DNA from: Pseudolabrys sp.
Lineage (GTDB): Bacteria; Pseudomonadota; Alphaproteobacteria; Rhizobiales; Xanthobacteraceae
Assembly: GCA_036491675.1 (NCBI GenBank)
Contig: DASXBN010000106.1
Span: 38,401-102,400, forward strand
DNA: 64,000 nucleotides
Direction of reading: 5' to 3'
Shown: positions 27,815-37,678 of the stretch, piece after piece
Layout of the letters: each line of letters begins with the position of its first letter
Position numbering within the stretch: position 1 is the first letter of the stretch
Program-made: the position numbers and the translations under genes
Notes under the pieces: generated by a model
Seen by the model: the letters and a program-made list of their open reading frames with translations, nothing else
What the model was told of the DNA's origin: nothing
Database searches by the model: none

Positions 27815-28856
27815 TTAGCCGCGCATTGCGGCGGCGGCAAACCGCAGGCGCTCGCGCTGCCAGCGCCGCGCATCGCGGGCGCGCCAGAAGCGCAACGAAG
27901 CGCGTTCGACCGCGCTCTTGATCGCGCAGATGAAACTAAAGACGGCAAAGATTGCGCCCAGAATCCACCAGAGAACGTCGAACGAAAAGGCGGCGAGCAT
28001 AATGGCACTGCGCCCCGCCACCTTGAGGATCGCACGGGTGCGGCCGCCTTCTTTCTCCGCGAGCCTGGCCACGCGCGCGACATCGCGCGGCTCTTCGGCA
28101 ATCTTCAAGCCATCGAGCGCGGCACGCGAGCCCGCCGCTTCCCCGATATGGCCGACGTCGCGCGCGACGTACAGCAAGCGGCCGCCGCGCTCGGCCACTA
28201 CTGCTTCGCGCGCGAACTTCGAGCCGAGAAGTCCGATCTTGCGCTCGGTCTTCAACAGCGTAAGACCAAGCCGGGCTGGCGCCGCCGCGCCCACGCTTGC
28301 GTAGGTGACGGCCGTAACCCCCAAACCGACCGTGGCGAGACCCAATACAAGCTCATCGGTCTTCTGCCCGGTCGCGAGATGCGTGGCCTCGCGCAGCACG
28401 TCGCGAACATCGCCAAACACGAACAAATCGCCGAGCATGGCGCCGCCGAGCGCGGCCGCGTCATCGGGGACGCCGGTGACGAAACCGCGCGCGAAGCTCC
28501 ACGCCTTGTGCCGCACGCTGGCGGCCTCGGCGCTCGCCGCTCGCCGCCTTGACCGCATCGGTCAAGGCGGGATCGAGCGTCACGTGCCGTTCGGCGGCCA
28601 GCGCGACGAAACTCTGGGCAAGATCGGCATCCCCGCTAGCGAGCGCGCCATTGATTTCGCGTGTCGCCACAGAGCTATCGAGCTTTCCGTCAAGCGCGTT
28701 ATCGACAGCGCGGTCCGGATCGTTCATGCCGGCGAAGGCATGGAACGCCTGTGGCACCGCAAAGACGGCGATCGCCGCCAGTAGCACGGCGGCAAGCACG
28801 GCCGGCAGAACATGCGACCGGCGCACGACGCTTTGACCGGGTTGCTGTTCCTGCAT
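27815..28856 (-). pseudogene. membrane protein gene split by a 7-bp tandem duplication (frameshift)
   Basis: ORFs 28461-28856 and 27815-28558 overlap in different frames. Removing one copy of GGCGAGC (plus-strand gctcgcc x2 at 28532-28545) fuses them as ...LTDAVKAAS|AEAASVRHKAWSF... Confidence 0.6.
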
Positions 28857-29007
28857 GACTCAGCCTTGCCATGGTTCCGGACAAAAATACCGCCTAGCTT
28901 TGGCGGGCAACCAAGGCGTTTCGGCGGCAAGAGACGCTAGGCACGGCGCGGACGCCTCGCTATGGTGCGGCCGAAATCGCCACGATTCCGGTAACAGAGG
29001 GTTCCCC

Positions 29008-29253
29008 ATGGCGGAGCACGTCGTCCCCCATTTCCACAACGATCCCGGCGTGCCGGTGATCGAGATCGGCGCCAAGGAATTCCAGTGCGTGGGCGCCACG
29101 CCCCCCTACGATCATCCGCACGTATTCCTCGACATGGGCGAGGACAGCGAGATCATCTGCCCCTATTGCTCGACGCTGTACCGGTTCGACCCCAAGCTCG
29201 ATTCGCATGCCGCACGTCCGGCGGAATGCGCCTTGGCGGTCACCGCCGCCTGA
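29008..29253 (+). CDS. zinc-finger (zf-CHCC-type) domain protein
   Basis: ATG 29008. MAEHVVPHFHNDPGVPVIEIGAKEFQCVG...HPHVFLDMG...ICPYCSTLY has the Cys/His pattern of the NDUFS6-like zinc finger. Confidence 0.8.
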   Translation: MAEHVVPHFHNDPGVPVIEIGAKEFQCVGATPPYDHPHVFLDMGEDSEIICPYCSTLYRFDPKLDSHAARPAECALAVTAA

Positions 29254-29275
29254 TCCACATTCGGAGCTGCGAGCC

Positions 29276-30496
29276 TTGGCGTCCGCGCGTCATGTCATCG
29301 TCGCTGGCGCCGGCATCGCAGGGCTGACGACGGCGCTGGCGCTGGCCCGCGCCGGTTTGCGCACGACGCTGCTCGAACAGGCGGCCAAGCTCGAAGAGAC
29401 CGGTGCCGGCATCCAGCTCGGACCCAATGCCACCCGCGTGCTGATCGCGCTCGGTTTGCGCGAGCAGCTGGCGTCTTCCGTTATGACGCCGCAGGCGATC
29501 CGCGTGATGGCGGGTGGCTCGGCGCGCGAGATCGTGCGCATTCCGCTCGGCAGCGAAACCGAGCGCCGCTACGGCTCACCCTACTGGACGATCCACCGCG
29601 GCGACCTGCAATCGGCGCTCGCGGCCGCCGCGCAAGCGACGCCGGATATCGCGCTCAAACTCGGCGCCCGCGTCGAGGACTTCGCCACCCACACCAACGG
29701 CATCACCGTGCGGGCGCGCAGCGACGGGCGCGGGCTCGAGGAGCACGGGCTGGCGCTGATCGGCGCCGACGGCGTGTGGTCGACGCTGCGCGCGCAAATT
29801 CAGGGCCGGCAGCAGCCGCCGCGCTTTCGCCATCGCACCGCCTGGCGCACGCTGGTACCGGCCAATGCGGTGCCGGAAGAATTTCGTCAGCCGCTGGTGC
29901 ATCTATGGCTCGGGCAAGACGCCCATCTGGTGCATTACCCGGTCAAAGGCGGACGCCTGATCAACATCGTCGGCATCGTGCACGACGAATGGAAAGAGAT
30001 CGGCTGGTCGGCCGCCGGCAACCGCGCTGAAATCCTGCGCCATTTCGCGCGCTGGTCCTGGGCCGAGCCGGCGCGCGCGCTGATCGCGATCCCCGACCAA
30101 TGGCTCAAGTGGGCGCTGTACGACCATAAGGCGCCGTTCCGCGGCGGCCGCGGCCCGGTGACGCTGATCGGGGACGCCGCCCACCCGATGCTGCCGTTTC
30201 TGGCGCAAGGCGCCGGCATGGCGATCGAGGATGCCGCGGTCATCGCCGCCATGCTGGCGAAATACCGGAACGATCCCGCCGACGCGCTGCGCGCCTATGA
30301 AGGCGCCCGCTGGCATCGCACCGCACGCGCCCAACAGGTGTCCCGCAAGCAGGGCCGCATCTATGGGCTGAGCGGCCCGGAGGCGCTGGTCCGCAATCTC
30401 GCCTTGCGCGCGATGGGCGGAGAAAAACTGCTCAGCCGCTTCGACTGGCTCTATAGTTGGCGACCTCCGGAAACTTTCCTAGGCGAGCGCGCATGA
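29276..30496 (+). CDS. FAD-dependent monooxygenase (salicylate-hydroxylase/UbiH-like)
   Basis: Dinucleotide fold VIVAGAGIAGLTTALALARAGL and the GDAAHPMLPFLAQGAGMAIEDA motif. The start is uncertain. In-frame TTG 29276 is chosen because the track start 29207 would overlap the zinc-finger gene. Confidence 0.85.
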   Translation: MASARHVIVAGAGIAGLTTALALARAGLRTTLLEQAAKLEETGAGIQLGPNATRVLIALGLREQLASSVMTPQAIRVMAGGSAREIVRIPLGSETERRYGSPYWTIHRGDLQSALAAAAQATPDIALKLGARVEDFATHTNGITVRARSDGRGLEEHGLALIGADGVWSTLRAQIQGRQQPPRFRHRTAWRTLVPANAVPEEFRQPLVHLWLGQDAHLVHYPVKGGRLINIVGIVHDEWKEIGWSAAGNRAEILRHFARWSWAEPARALIAIPDQWLKWALYDHKAPFRGGRGPVTLIGDAAHPMLPFLAQGAGMAIEDAAVIAAMLAKYRNDPADALRAYEGARWHRTARAQQVSRKQGRIYGLSGPEALVRNLALRAMGGEKLLSRFDWLYSWRPPETFLGERA

Positions 30497-31515
30497 TTTT
30501 TCCATCGACTGTCGCCGGCAGCCTGCCGAAGCCATCCTGGCTCGCCGAGCCGAACAAGTTGTGGCCGCAGTGGCGGCTGCAAGGCGACGACCTCGCGCAG
30601 GGCAAGCTCGACGCTACGCTGCTGGCGATCAAAATGCAGGAAGATGCCGGTATCGACATCGTTTGCGACGGAGAGATGTCGCGCCAGCATTTCGTGCACG
30701 GCTTTTTGGAATTCGTCGACGGCATCGACTTCGCCCACAAGGTCGAGATGGGCATCCGCGCCGACCGCTATAAGGCGATGGTGCCGGTGGTGCGCGGCGC
30801 GCTCGCGCTCAAGGGCCGCGTGCACCAGGCCGAGGCGCGCCACGCCCGCGCCCATACCAAGCGTCAATTGAAGATCACGCTGCCGGGACCGATGACGATT
30901 TCCGACACCATCGCCGACGCCCATTACGGCGACAAAGTAAAAATGGCGATGGCATTTGCCAATTTGCTGAACCAGGAGGCGCGCGCGCTGCAAGCCGACG
31001 GCGTCGACGTCATCCAGTTCGACGAGCCGGCCTTCAACGTGTTCATGGACGAGGTGCCGACCTGGGGCATCGAGGCGCTGCATCGCGCCATCGACGGCCT
31101 CACCTGCCTGACTGCCGTGCACATCTGCTACGGCTACGGCATCAAGGCCAATATCGACTGGAAGAACACGCTCGGCGGCGAGTGGCGGCAATACGAGAAG
31201 ATCTTTCCGACGCTGGCCAAGAGCCGCGTCAAGCAGGTCTCGCTCGAGGCGATCAATTCGCGCGTGCCGCTGAAACTCTTGTCGCTGCTCGACGGCAAGG
31301 ATGTGCTGGTCGGCGTCATCGATGTCGCCACCGACAAAGTAGAAACGCCGCAGCAGGTCGCAGACGTAATCGGCGAGGTTCTGAAAGTCGTGCCGAAGGA
31401 GCGCGTCGTCGCCTGCACCAATTGCGGCATGGCGCCGATGCGGCGCGATATCGCGCAGGCCAAGTTGCTGGCGCTCGGCGCCGGGGCGAAGCTGGCACGG
31501 GAAAGATTTAGTTAG
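30493..31515 (+). CDS. cobalamin-independent methionine synthase family protein (MetE C-terminal-domain-only type)
   Basis: ATG 30493 overlaps the upstream stop as ATGA. MIFPSTVAGSLPKPSWL, DGEMSRQHFV and HICYGY...CGMAP match the Meth_synt_2 zinc-site pattern. Confidence 0.88.
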   Translation: MIFPSTVAGSLPKPSWLAEPNKLWPQWRLQGDDLAQGKLDATLLAIKMQEDAGIDIVCDGEMSRQHFVHGFLEFVDGIDFAHKVEMGIRADRYKAMVPVVRGALALKGRVHQAEARHARAHTKRQLKITLPGPMTISDTIADAHYGDKVKMAMAFANLLNQEARALQADGVDVIQFDEPAFNVFMDEVPTWGIEALHRAIDGLTCLTAVHICYGYGIKANIDWKNTLGGEWRQYEKIFPTLAKSRVKQVSLEAINSRVPLKLLSLLDGKDVLVGVIDVATDKVETPQQVADVIGEVLKVVPKERVVACTNCGMAPMRRDIAQAKLLALGAGAKLARERFS

Positions 31516-31571
31516 ACAAACTAGCGGCGCATTCGCTTCCCCTCTCCCGCAAGGGGAGAAGGTAAGAAAAG

Positions 31572-31859
31572 CTACCTTCCCGCCCTTCCCATCACGTCCA
31601 TCAATTCCGCCACCTTGCGGCGCTGGTCGGCCTTGTCGCCGCTCGAAATCGCGTGCGCGACGCAATGGGCGACGTGGTCGCGCAGGATTTCCTCTTCCAC
31701 CCGCCGCAGCGCGGCGCGCACGGCGCCGATCTGCGTGACGATGTCGATGCAGTAGCGCTCGTCCTCGACCATGCGGGCTAATCCCCGCACCTGGCCCTCG
31801 ATGCGGTTGAGCCGCTGCACTGTGGGGCCCTTTTCCGACGGCTTGCCATGTTTGCGCAT
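31572..31859 (-). CDS. csoR: CsoR/RcnR-family metal-sensing repressor
   Basis: ATG 31859. [35 protein letters not shown]...HCV carries the Cys-His-Cys Cu(I) ligand pattern. Confidence 0.88.
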   Translation of the reverse strand: MRKHGKPSEKGPTVQRLNRIEGQVRGLARMVEDERYCIDIVTQIGAVRAALRRVEEEILRDHVAHCVAHAISSGDKADQRRKVAELMDVMGRAGR

Positions 31860-31864
31860 GCCGC

Positions 31865-31889
31865 TTATATACCCCCTAGGGGTATATAA
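31865..31889. promoter_or_regulatory. CsoR-type operator in the csoR/copA divergent promoter
   Basis: TTATATACCCC-cta-GGGGTATATAA has perfect 11-bp inverted arms. It lies 5 nt upstream of the csoR ATG and 44 nt upstream of the copA ATG. Confidence 0.7.
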
Positions 31890-31932
31890 GACAAGAGCCC
31901 CAAGATACCGCCGCCGCCGAAAGTCGTCCGCC

Positions 31933-34263
31933 ATGGCCATGACCGCCGAACATCACCACCATCACGGCGTCCCGGCCGAGGGCGGCAGGATCGATCCGGT
32001 CTGCGGCATGACCGTCGATCCGGCGAGCGCCAAGCACCGTGCCGACTATCGCGGCCACACCTATTATTTCTGCGCCGCTGGCTGCCGCAGCAAGTTCACC
32101 GCCGACCCGCAGAAATATCTGGGCAAACGCGAGCCCGAACCGGTGGTCGAGGGCGCGATCTACACCTGCCCGATGCATCCCGAGATCCGGCAAGTCGGCC
32201 CCGGCGCCTGCCCGATCTGCGGCATGGCTTTGGAGCCCGAGATTGCCACGGCCGACAGCGGCCCCAATCCCGAACTCGCCGACATGACGCGCCGGTTCTG
32301 GATCGGTCTCGTGCTGGCGCTGCCGGTGATGGTATTGGAAATGGGCGGCCACTTCGTCGGCGCGCACAATTGGGTCGATCCCACGCTGTCGAATTACGTT
32401 CAGTTTGCCTTCGCCACCCCGGTGGTGCTGTGGGCCGGCTGGCCGTTTTTCGTGCGCGGCGCGCAGTCGCTGATCACGCGCAACCTCAACATGTTCACGC
32501 TGATCGGCATGGGCACCGGCGTGGCCTACGTCTACAGCGTGATTGCCACCTTCTTCCCCGGTATTTTCCCGGACGCCTTTCGCGGCCATACCGGCGCGCC
32601 AGCAACCTATTTCGAAGCCGCCAGCATGATCACCGTGCTGGTGCTGGTCGGCCAGGTGCTCGAACTGCGCGCGCGCGAGGCGACCTCGGGCGCCATCCGT
32701 GCGTTGCTCGATCTCGCGCCCAAGACCGCGCGCCGCGTCAAGGACGACGGCAGCGACGAGGAAGTCTCGCTCGACGCTGTCGCGGTCGGCGACAAATTGC
32801 GCGTGCGCCCGGGCGACAAGGTGCCGGTCGACGGCGTCGTGCTGGAAGGCCGATCATCGCTCGACGAGTCGATGGTCACCGGCGAGTCCATGCCGGTGAG
32901 CAAGGAAAAAGACTCACACGTGATCGGCGGCACCATCAACGCGAGCGGCAGCTTCGTGATGCGGGCGGACAAAGTCGGGCGCGACACGCTGCTGGCGCAA
33001 ATCGTCCAGATGGTGGCGAACGCGCAGAGGAGCCGCGCGCCGATCCAGCGGTTGGCCGACCAGGTCGCCGGCTGGTTCGTGCCGGCGGTGATCGCGGTGG
33101 CGCTCGGTGCCTTTGCCGCCTGGGCCACGTTCGGGCCGGAACCGCGCTTCGCTTACGGCCTGGTGGCGGCGGTAAGCGTGCTGATCATCGCCTGCCCCTG
33201 CGCGCTCGGTCTTGCCACGCCGATGTCGATCATGGTCGGCGTCGGCCGCGGCGCGCAGGAAGGCGTGCTGATCAAGAACGCCGAGGCGCTCGAGCGCATG
33301 GAGAAGATCGATACCCTGGTGGTCGACAAGACCGGCACGCTGACCGAAGGCAAGCCGAAGGTGGTGGCGCTCGTGGCGAACGCGGGCTTCGACGAGGCGC
33401 AGGTGCTGCGTTTTGCCGCCAGCCTCGAGCGCGGCAGCGAGCATCCGCTGGCGGCCGCGATCGTCCAGACCGCCGCCGAACGCAACATCGCCTTGGGAAC
33501 GGTGCGCGGCTTCGACGCCCCGGCCGGCAAGGGCGTGATCGGCATGGTCGAAGGCAAGCGGCTTGCGCTCGGCAGCGCGAAGTTTCTTGCGGAATTGAAC
33601 ATCGAAACCGCGGCGCTTGGCGACGAAGCCGAGCGCCTGCGCGGCGACGGCGCCACTGCGATCTTCCTCGCCATCAATGGCAAGCTCGCCGGCGTCATCG
33701 CCATCGCCGACCCGATCAAGGCCACCACGCCGACGGCGCTAAAGGCGCTTACCGCGGAGGGCATCCGCGTGGTGATGCTCACCGGCGACAACCGCACCAC
33801 CGCGCTTGCGGTCGCCAAACGTCTGGGCATCACCGACGTCGAGGCCGACGTGCTGCCCGATCAGAAGAGCGCCGTGATCGAGCGGCTCGCGCGCGCAGGC
33901 CGCACGGTCGCCATGGCCGGCGACGGCGTCAACGACGCCCCCGCGCTCGCCGCGGCGCAAGTCGGCATTGCCATGGGCACGGGCACCGACGTGGCGATCG
34001 AAAGCGCCGGTATAACCCTGCTCAAAGGCGACCTCACCGGCATCGTCAAGGCGCGCGCGCTGTCGAAGGCGGTCATGCACAATATCCGGCAGAATCTGTT
34101 CTTCGCCTTCATCTACAACTCCGCCGGCGTGCCGATCGCGGCCGGCGTGCTTTATCCCGCCTTCGGGTTGCTGCTGTCGCCGATCATCGCCGCAGCGGCG
34201 ATGGCGCTGTCCTCGGTGAGCGTGGTCGGCAACGCCTTGCGGCTGCGCCGCGCGGCATTGTAG
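31933..34263 (+). CDS. copA: copper-translocating P1B-type ATPase
   Basis: CPC ([13 protein letters not shown]), DKTGTLT and GDGVNDAP are present. The N-terminus has HHHHH, a YHS/TRASH-like CGM...FCAAGC site and a second site CPMH...CPICGM. ATG 31933 is chosen. Confidence 0.95.
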   Translation: MAMTAEHHHHHGVPAEGGRIDPVCGMTVDPASAKHRADYRGHTYYFCAAGCRSKFTADPQKYLGKREPEPVVEGAIYTCPMHPEIRQVGPGACPICGMALEPEIATADSGPNPELADMTRRFWIGLVLALPVMVLEMGGHFVGAHNWVDPTLSNYVQFAFATPVVLWAGWPFFVRGAQSLITRNLNMFTLIGMGTGVAYVYSVIATFFPGIFPDAFRGHTGAPATYFEAASMITVLVLVGQVLELRAREATSGAIRALLDLAPKTARRVKDDGSDEEVSLDAVAVGDKLRVRPGDKVPVDGVVLEGRSSLDESMVTGESMPVSKEKDSHVIGGTINASGSFVMRADKVGRDTLLAQIVQMVANAQRSRAPIQRLADQVAGWFVPAVIAVALGAFAAWATFGPEPRFAYGLVAAVSVLIIACPCALGLATPMSIMVGVGRGAQEGVLIKNAEALERMEKIDTLVVDKTGTLTEGKPKVVALVANAGFDEAQVLRFAASLERGSEHPLAAAIVQTAAERNIALGTVRGFDAPAGKGVIGMVEGKRLALGSAKFLAELNIETAALGDEAERLRGDGATAIFLAINGKLAGVIAIADPIKATTPTALKALTAEGIRVVMLTGDNRTTALAVAKRLGITDVEADVLPDQKSAVIERLARAGRTVAMAGDGVNDAPALAAAQVGIAMGTGTDVAIESAGITLLKGDLTGIVKARALSKAVMHNIRQNLFFAFIYNSAGVPIAAGVLYPAFGLLLSPIIAAAAMALSSVSVVGNALRLRRAAL

Positions 34264-34271
34264 ACCCGCTT

Positions 34272-35264
34272 ATGCACCGAATCCTTTTTGCAACGTTGCT
34301 CGCGGCATGGGCCGGCACCGCGCAGGCCGCCGAGTGGCGCGTGCAAATGGTCAATGTGCCGGCGCGCGTGGGCGCGATCCAAACCGTCGCAGGTGTGGCT
34401 CAGGTCAACGCCGGCGGGCTCTGGTACAAACTCGCGATCGCCGGCGAGAACGTTTCGCTAGCCTTCATCGACACGCCGGCACCGCCGGCGCTTCCGGACG
34501 GCGCCCTCCCCGACGGCAAGATCGCGACCGGCAAAGGCAAGATCGCGCGCGCCTGGCTCGCCGAGCCGACCGCGCGCTACGACCACGGCATCCTCGGCGA
34601 CAAGATCGAGGCCGGCAGCCTGGTGATCGAAACCCGCGACGGCAAACGCCAGGCGGTGCGGCTCAAGGACGACGCCGTGTTCGAGGATCTAGAGCCGCGG
34701 CTCGCCGATCTCGACCGCAACGGCCACGATGAGATTGTTGTCGTGAAGTCCTATCTCAAGCGCGGTTCCGCGCTGGCTGTGATCGGCTTGCGCAAGGACA
34801 AATACGAGATCGTCGCCGAAACGCCGCCGCTTGGCGCGGCCCATCGTTGGCTCGATCCCGCCGGTATCGCCGATTTCAACGGCGACGGCAAAACCGGCAT
34901 CGCGCTGGTGCGCCAGCCGCATGTGATCGGCGTGCTTGAGTTATGGGGCTGGCGCGACGGCGCCTTGCGTAAAGTCGCCGAGCTTCCCGACATCGCCAAC
35001 CACATTGCTGGCACGCGCGCGATTCACATGGCGGCCGCCGCCGATTTCGACGGCGACGGCATCGCCGATATCGCGGCGCCTTCGCTCGACCGCAACCGCC
35101 TGCGCATCGTCAGCTTTGCGCCGCAGCCACGCGAGATCGCAAGCGTGCCGCTGCCGGCCAAGGCGGTCACCGATTTCGCACTGATCGCGGAAGCGTCAGG
35201 TCCGCCCGCCATCGCGGTCGGCCTCGCCGACGGCTCGCTCGCCGTGATCCGACGCTCGCGGTAA
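34272..35264 (+). CDS. secreted FG-GAP/VCBS repeat protein
   Basis: ATG 34272 gives a signal peptide MHRILFATLLAAWAGTAQA. Repeats DLDRNGHDEIVV, DFNGDGKTGIALV and DFDGDGIADIAAP are present. This is the only real part of the 964-aa track ORF. Confidence 0.8.
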   Translation: MHRILFATLLAAWAGTAQAAEWRVQMVNVPARVGAIQTVAGVAQVNAGGLWYKLAIAGENVSLAFIDTPAPPALPDGALPDGKIATGKGKIARAWLAEPTARYDHGILGDKIEAGSLVIETRDGKRQAVRLKDDAVFEDLEPRLADLDRNGHDEIVVVKSYLKRGSALAVIGLRKDKYEIVAETPPLGAAHRWLDPAGIADFNGDGKTGIALVRQPHVIGVLELWGWRDGALRKVAELPDIANHIAGTRAIHMAAAADFDGDGIADIAAPSLDRNRLRIVSFAPQPREIASVPLPAKAVTDFALIAEASGPPAIAVGLADGSLAVIRRSR

Positions 35265-35278
35265 TTCCCGTAGCGCCG

Positions 35279-35650
35279 TCAGCGGGCTTTGGGGGTGCTC
35301 GGCGGCGCGCCGGGAGTGCCGGCGGCCGGCACGTTGCAATTTCTCTCGGCGGCGGCGGCCTGCAAACTCCGCAGTTGCCCGCGCGTCGCGGCGTATTCCG
35401 TCCCGTAGGTCGTCTCGGCGATGATCCGCCCGGCGGCGTCGGTGCCGGCTTTCGCCATCAATTCTTCCAATTGTTTCTGACGCGCCAGCACGCCCGTTCT
35501 GGTGCGCGCGATATCGTCGCAGCTGAAGAGTGTGTAACCGCCCGGTGCCACCAGGAACGACGCCATGGGGTCTTCCGACATGGCGCACCCGGATACCAGT
35601 GCGGCAAACACCGCGCCGAAGAACACGTTCACTGATCGACGCATAGGCAT
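35279..35650 (-). CDS. lipoprotein, function unknown
   Basis: ATG 35650 gives MPMRRSVNVFFGAVFAALVSGC with a lipobox LVSGC. Confidence 0.65.
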   Translation of the reverse strand: MPMRRSVNVFFGAVFAALVSGCAMSEDPMASFLVAPGGYTLFSCDDIARTRTGVLARQKQLEELMAKAGTDAAGRIIAETTYGTEYAATRGQLRSLQAAAAERNCNVPAAGTPGAPPSTPKAR

Positions 35651-35868
35651 GATCGCCAGCGAGGCGCGGCAAAAACGGCAAAAACCGGTGCGGACGCCGG
35701 GAGACGGCCGGCGCATTCAAACGTCATTGAAAAACCACAGCTTGCGAGCAGTTCATGGCGCGGATTTGTACTCGGCTTTTGGACGAACCGGAAGGCGGTC
35801 GCTCGGAACTTAAACGACCGGGTCGAAGTTCTAGATTCTCGATCCACGCGCGACCGAGAGATAGTGGA

Positions 35869-36066
35869 ATGTCAGGCGTCACCGACGAATACCGAAAGCA
35901 GGCCGAAGCTTGTTGCAAGCGGGCGGAAGCTTCAGCCAAAACTGCGGACCGGGCCTTTTGGCTGCTATTGGCCGAAAACTGGCGAAAGCTCGCGCAAGCC
36001 CTCGAAGACAGGCCCGCCAGCGAAATTCAAAACGGTGATGCGCCTGTTTTGCTGCACGCCGGCTAG
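35869..36066 (+). CDS. small hypothetical protein (65 aa)
   Basis: MSGVTDEYRKQAEACCKRAEAS...WLLLAENWRKLAQ resembles a small helical protein family that is multi-copy in Bradyrhizobium-like genomes. This is from recollection only. Confidence 0.5.
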   Translation: MSGVTDEYRKQAEACCKRAEASAKTADRAFWLLLAENWRKLAQALEDRPASEIQNGDAPVLLHAG

Positions 36067-36222
36067 CAATCCAAACAGACGCGACGACACTCCTTCGGTG
36101 CGCGGGCCGGCGGTTCGCGGCCATTACAACGATTAAACCATCCCTTAACTACGGCCGCCTTAGACTATGAGCAGCACGCGAACTCAAAATTTCTGGGTCC
36201 GCCTGCTGTTAGAGCATCCGTC

Positions 36223-36600
36223 ATGGCTTCGCGAGCACCATCCCGCCGCTGGTTCCTGCGCGATCTTCCGCGGGCGTATGTCGTGGTCGTCTGCGCGGCG
36301 TTCATCGCCGGCGGTTTAATTTATTTTATCGATTGGTCCCTAGTCCGGCACGACACGTCGGCAAGCAAAATGAACCCTCCCACCACCGAACAACGCTATA
36401 GCGGTTCGTTGATCCTGCCCGATCGCGGAGATCGCTGCTTGGCAGCGATCTTCGACAATCGCACCGGGAAATTGGTTGATAAGGGCTACGTCAACTGCGG
36501 CGAAGCAAGTAATCAACTCGCAGAAAAAAACACGCCGGCAGGAATGGACGTCATACGCTTGCGCGAAGTGGGCAAGGTATTTCGTCACGAAGGCAAGTGA
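36223..36600 (+). CDS. membrane-anchored hypothetical protein
   Basis: 125-aa ORF with one N-terminal TM segment (YVVVVCAAFIAGGLIYFI) and coding-like composition in an AT-richer patch. Confidence 0.55.
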   Translation: MASRAPSRRWFLRDLPRAYVVVVCAAFIAGGLIYFIDWSLVRHDTSASKMNPPTTEQRYSGSLILPDRGDRCLAAIFDNRTGKLVDKGYVNCGEASNQLAEKNTPAGMDVIRLREVGKVFRHEGK

Positions 36601-36702
36601 CGAGCAGACGATACATCGAATGGCGCGCCCATTCGGCATGAGGGCTAACGATTAGCGTGAATCTGAGCTTTGAGGCCGTTCCTCGGGCGCAATTGATAAT
36701 CG

Positions 36703-37002
36703 GTGCGCTCAAGTTGGCGGCCGATGCACAAGACACCGTCGCAAATTGCCCGCGCCTTGCGTGCGCTTCGAAACGCGCACCGGCTGGGCCTGTTACGTCG
36801 CGTCAGCGTGCTGCCTGGGCGGGACGCCTGCGAAGCGGCGCTTGCGCAGTTCGGCTCCGAATACCCCGGCAACGAGCTGCCCGATTTTCCGCTCCCCCAA
36901 TGCACACGCGACCATTGTGAATGCAAATTCGTACCGGTCGCCAGTGACAAGTTTCACCGATTGGACGCGGCAGGAAAGCCATCGTCCATACCGCCGCATT
37001 GA
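36703..37002 (+). CDS. Cys-rich hypothetical protein
   Basis: 99-aa ORF with 4 Cys (C-x19-C-x4-C-x-C). Competing ORFs exist in other frames. Confidence 0.35.
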   Translation: MRSSWRPMHKTPSQIARALRALRNAHRLGLLRRVSVLPGRDACEAALAQFGSEYPGNELPDFPLPQCTRDHCECKFVPVASDKFHRLDAAGKPSSIPPH

Positions 37003-37121
37003 ACGAAAAACGCGACGCTATTCGCAATGATCATTACAGCGATAGAATTTTGCATTGGTAACAGGTTACAATCATAGGAGATACTAAGGCGAGCGGCATC
37101 CGTCGATACGGGGAAGAGGTC

Positions 37122-37427
37122 GTGAAAACGCGTACAAGCAAGATTGGCAAGGCTATTTCTATTGCCGGCGGTCTCGTTGCCGTAGCAGGCGTTCTAATAG
37201 TGCTGGCTCAGGCATTCATTTGGCTCCGAACCGGCAATTGGACGCCGATAGACCTCGGCGTGATTTGGGATTTCTTCGGTGGCCCGGACGAGGTCGGTTC
37301 GGAAGGCGTACAAGATATCGTTGATACGGTGCTGGATTTTCCTTTGAGCCTCGTCGTTTTCTTCCTCGGGCTCGTAATTATCGGTTTCGGCGCCCTGCTT
37401 GTGGAACGTATTGCGATCAAGAAATAG
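37122..37427 (+). CDS. small membrane protein (2 TM)
   Basis: 101-aa ORF with a GTG start and two clear hydrophobic helices around an acidic loop. Confidence 0.5.
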   Translation: MKTRTSKIGKAISIAGGLVAVAGVLIVLAQAFIWLRTGNWTPIDLGVIWDFFGGPDEVGSEGVQDIVDTVLDFPLSLVVFFLGLVIIGFGALLVERIAIKK

Positions 37428-37678
37428 CCGTCGGATTAAGTCACGATGCGGGCCTCGCTGGATCGACGGCCGCCAACAAACACCATGCGATACGAGCGTT
37501 AGGCCAATTCGCAGTCACAAAAGCCGCGCGCGCTCTTGCCGCCGTGACGGCTGAAATAAAAGGTTAGCATTGCTGTCTTTTACCGTGCCGTTCTACGGCG
37601 TAGGATTTTATACGTAACGACACTCAGAAGAATAAGCCAGGAATGGGGATCGATCCGCCAAAAAGATAGGAGGGTCAA

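Noticed and set aside
32370-35264. 964-aa ORF, the longest in the track
   Set aside because: Its first ~630 codons are an Arg/Gly/Pro-rich out-of-frame shadow of copA. Only the last 331 codons, from ATG 34272 with a signal peptide, form a real gene (the FG-GAP protein).
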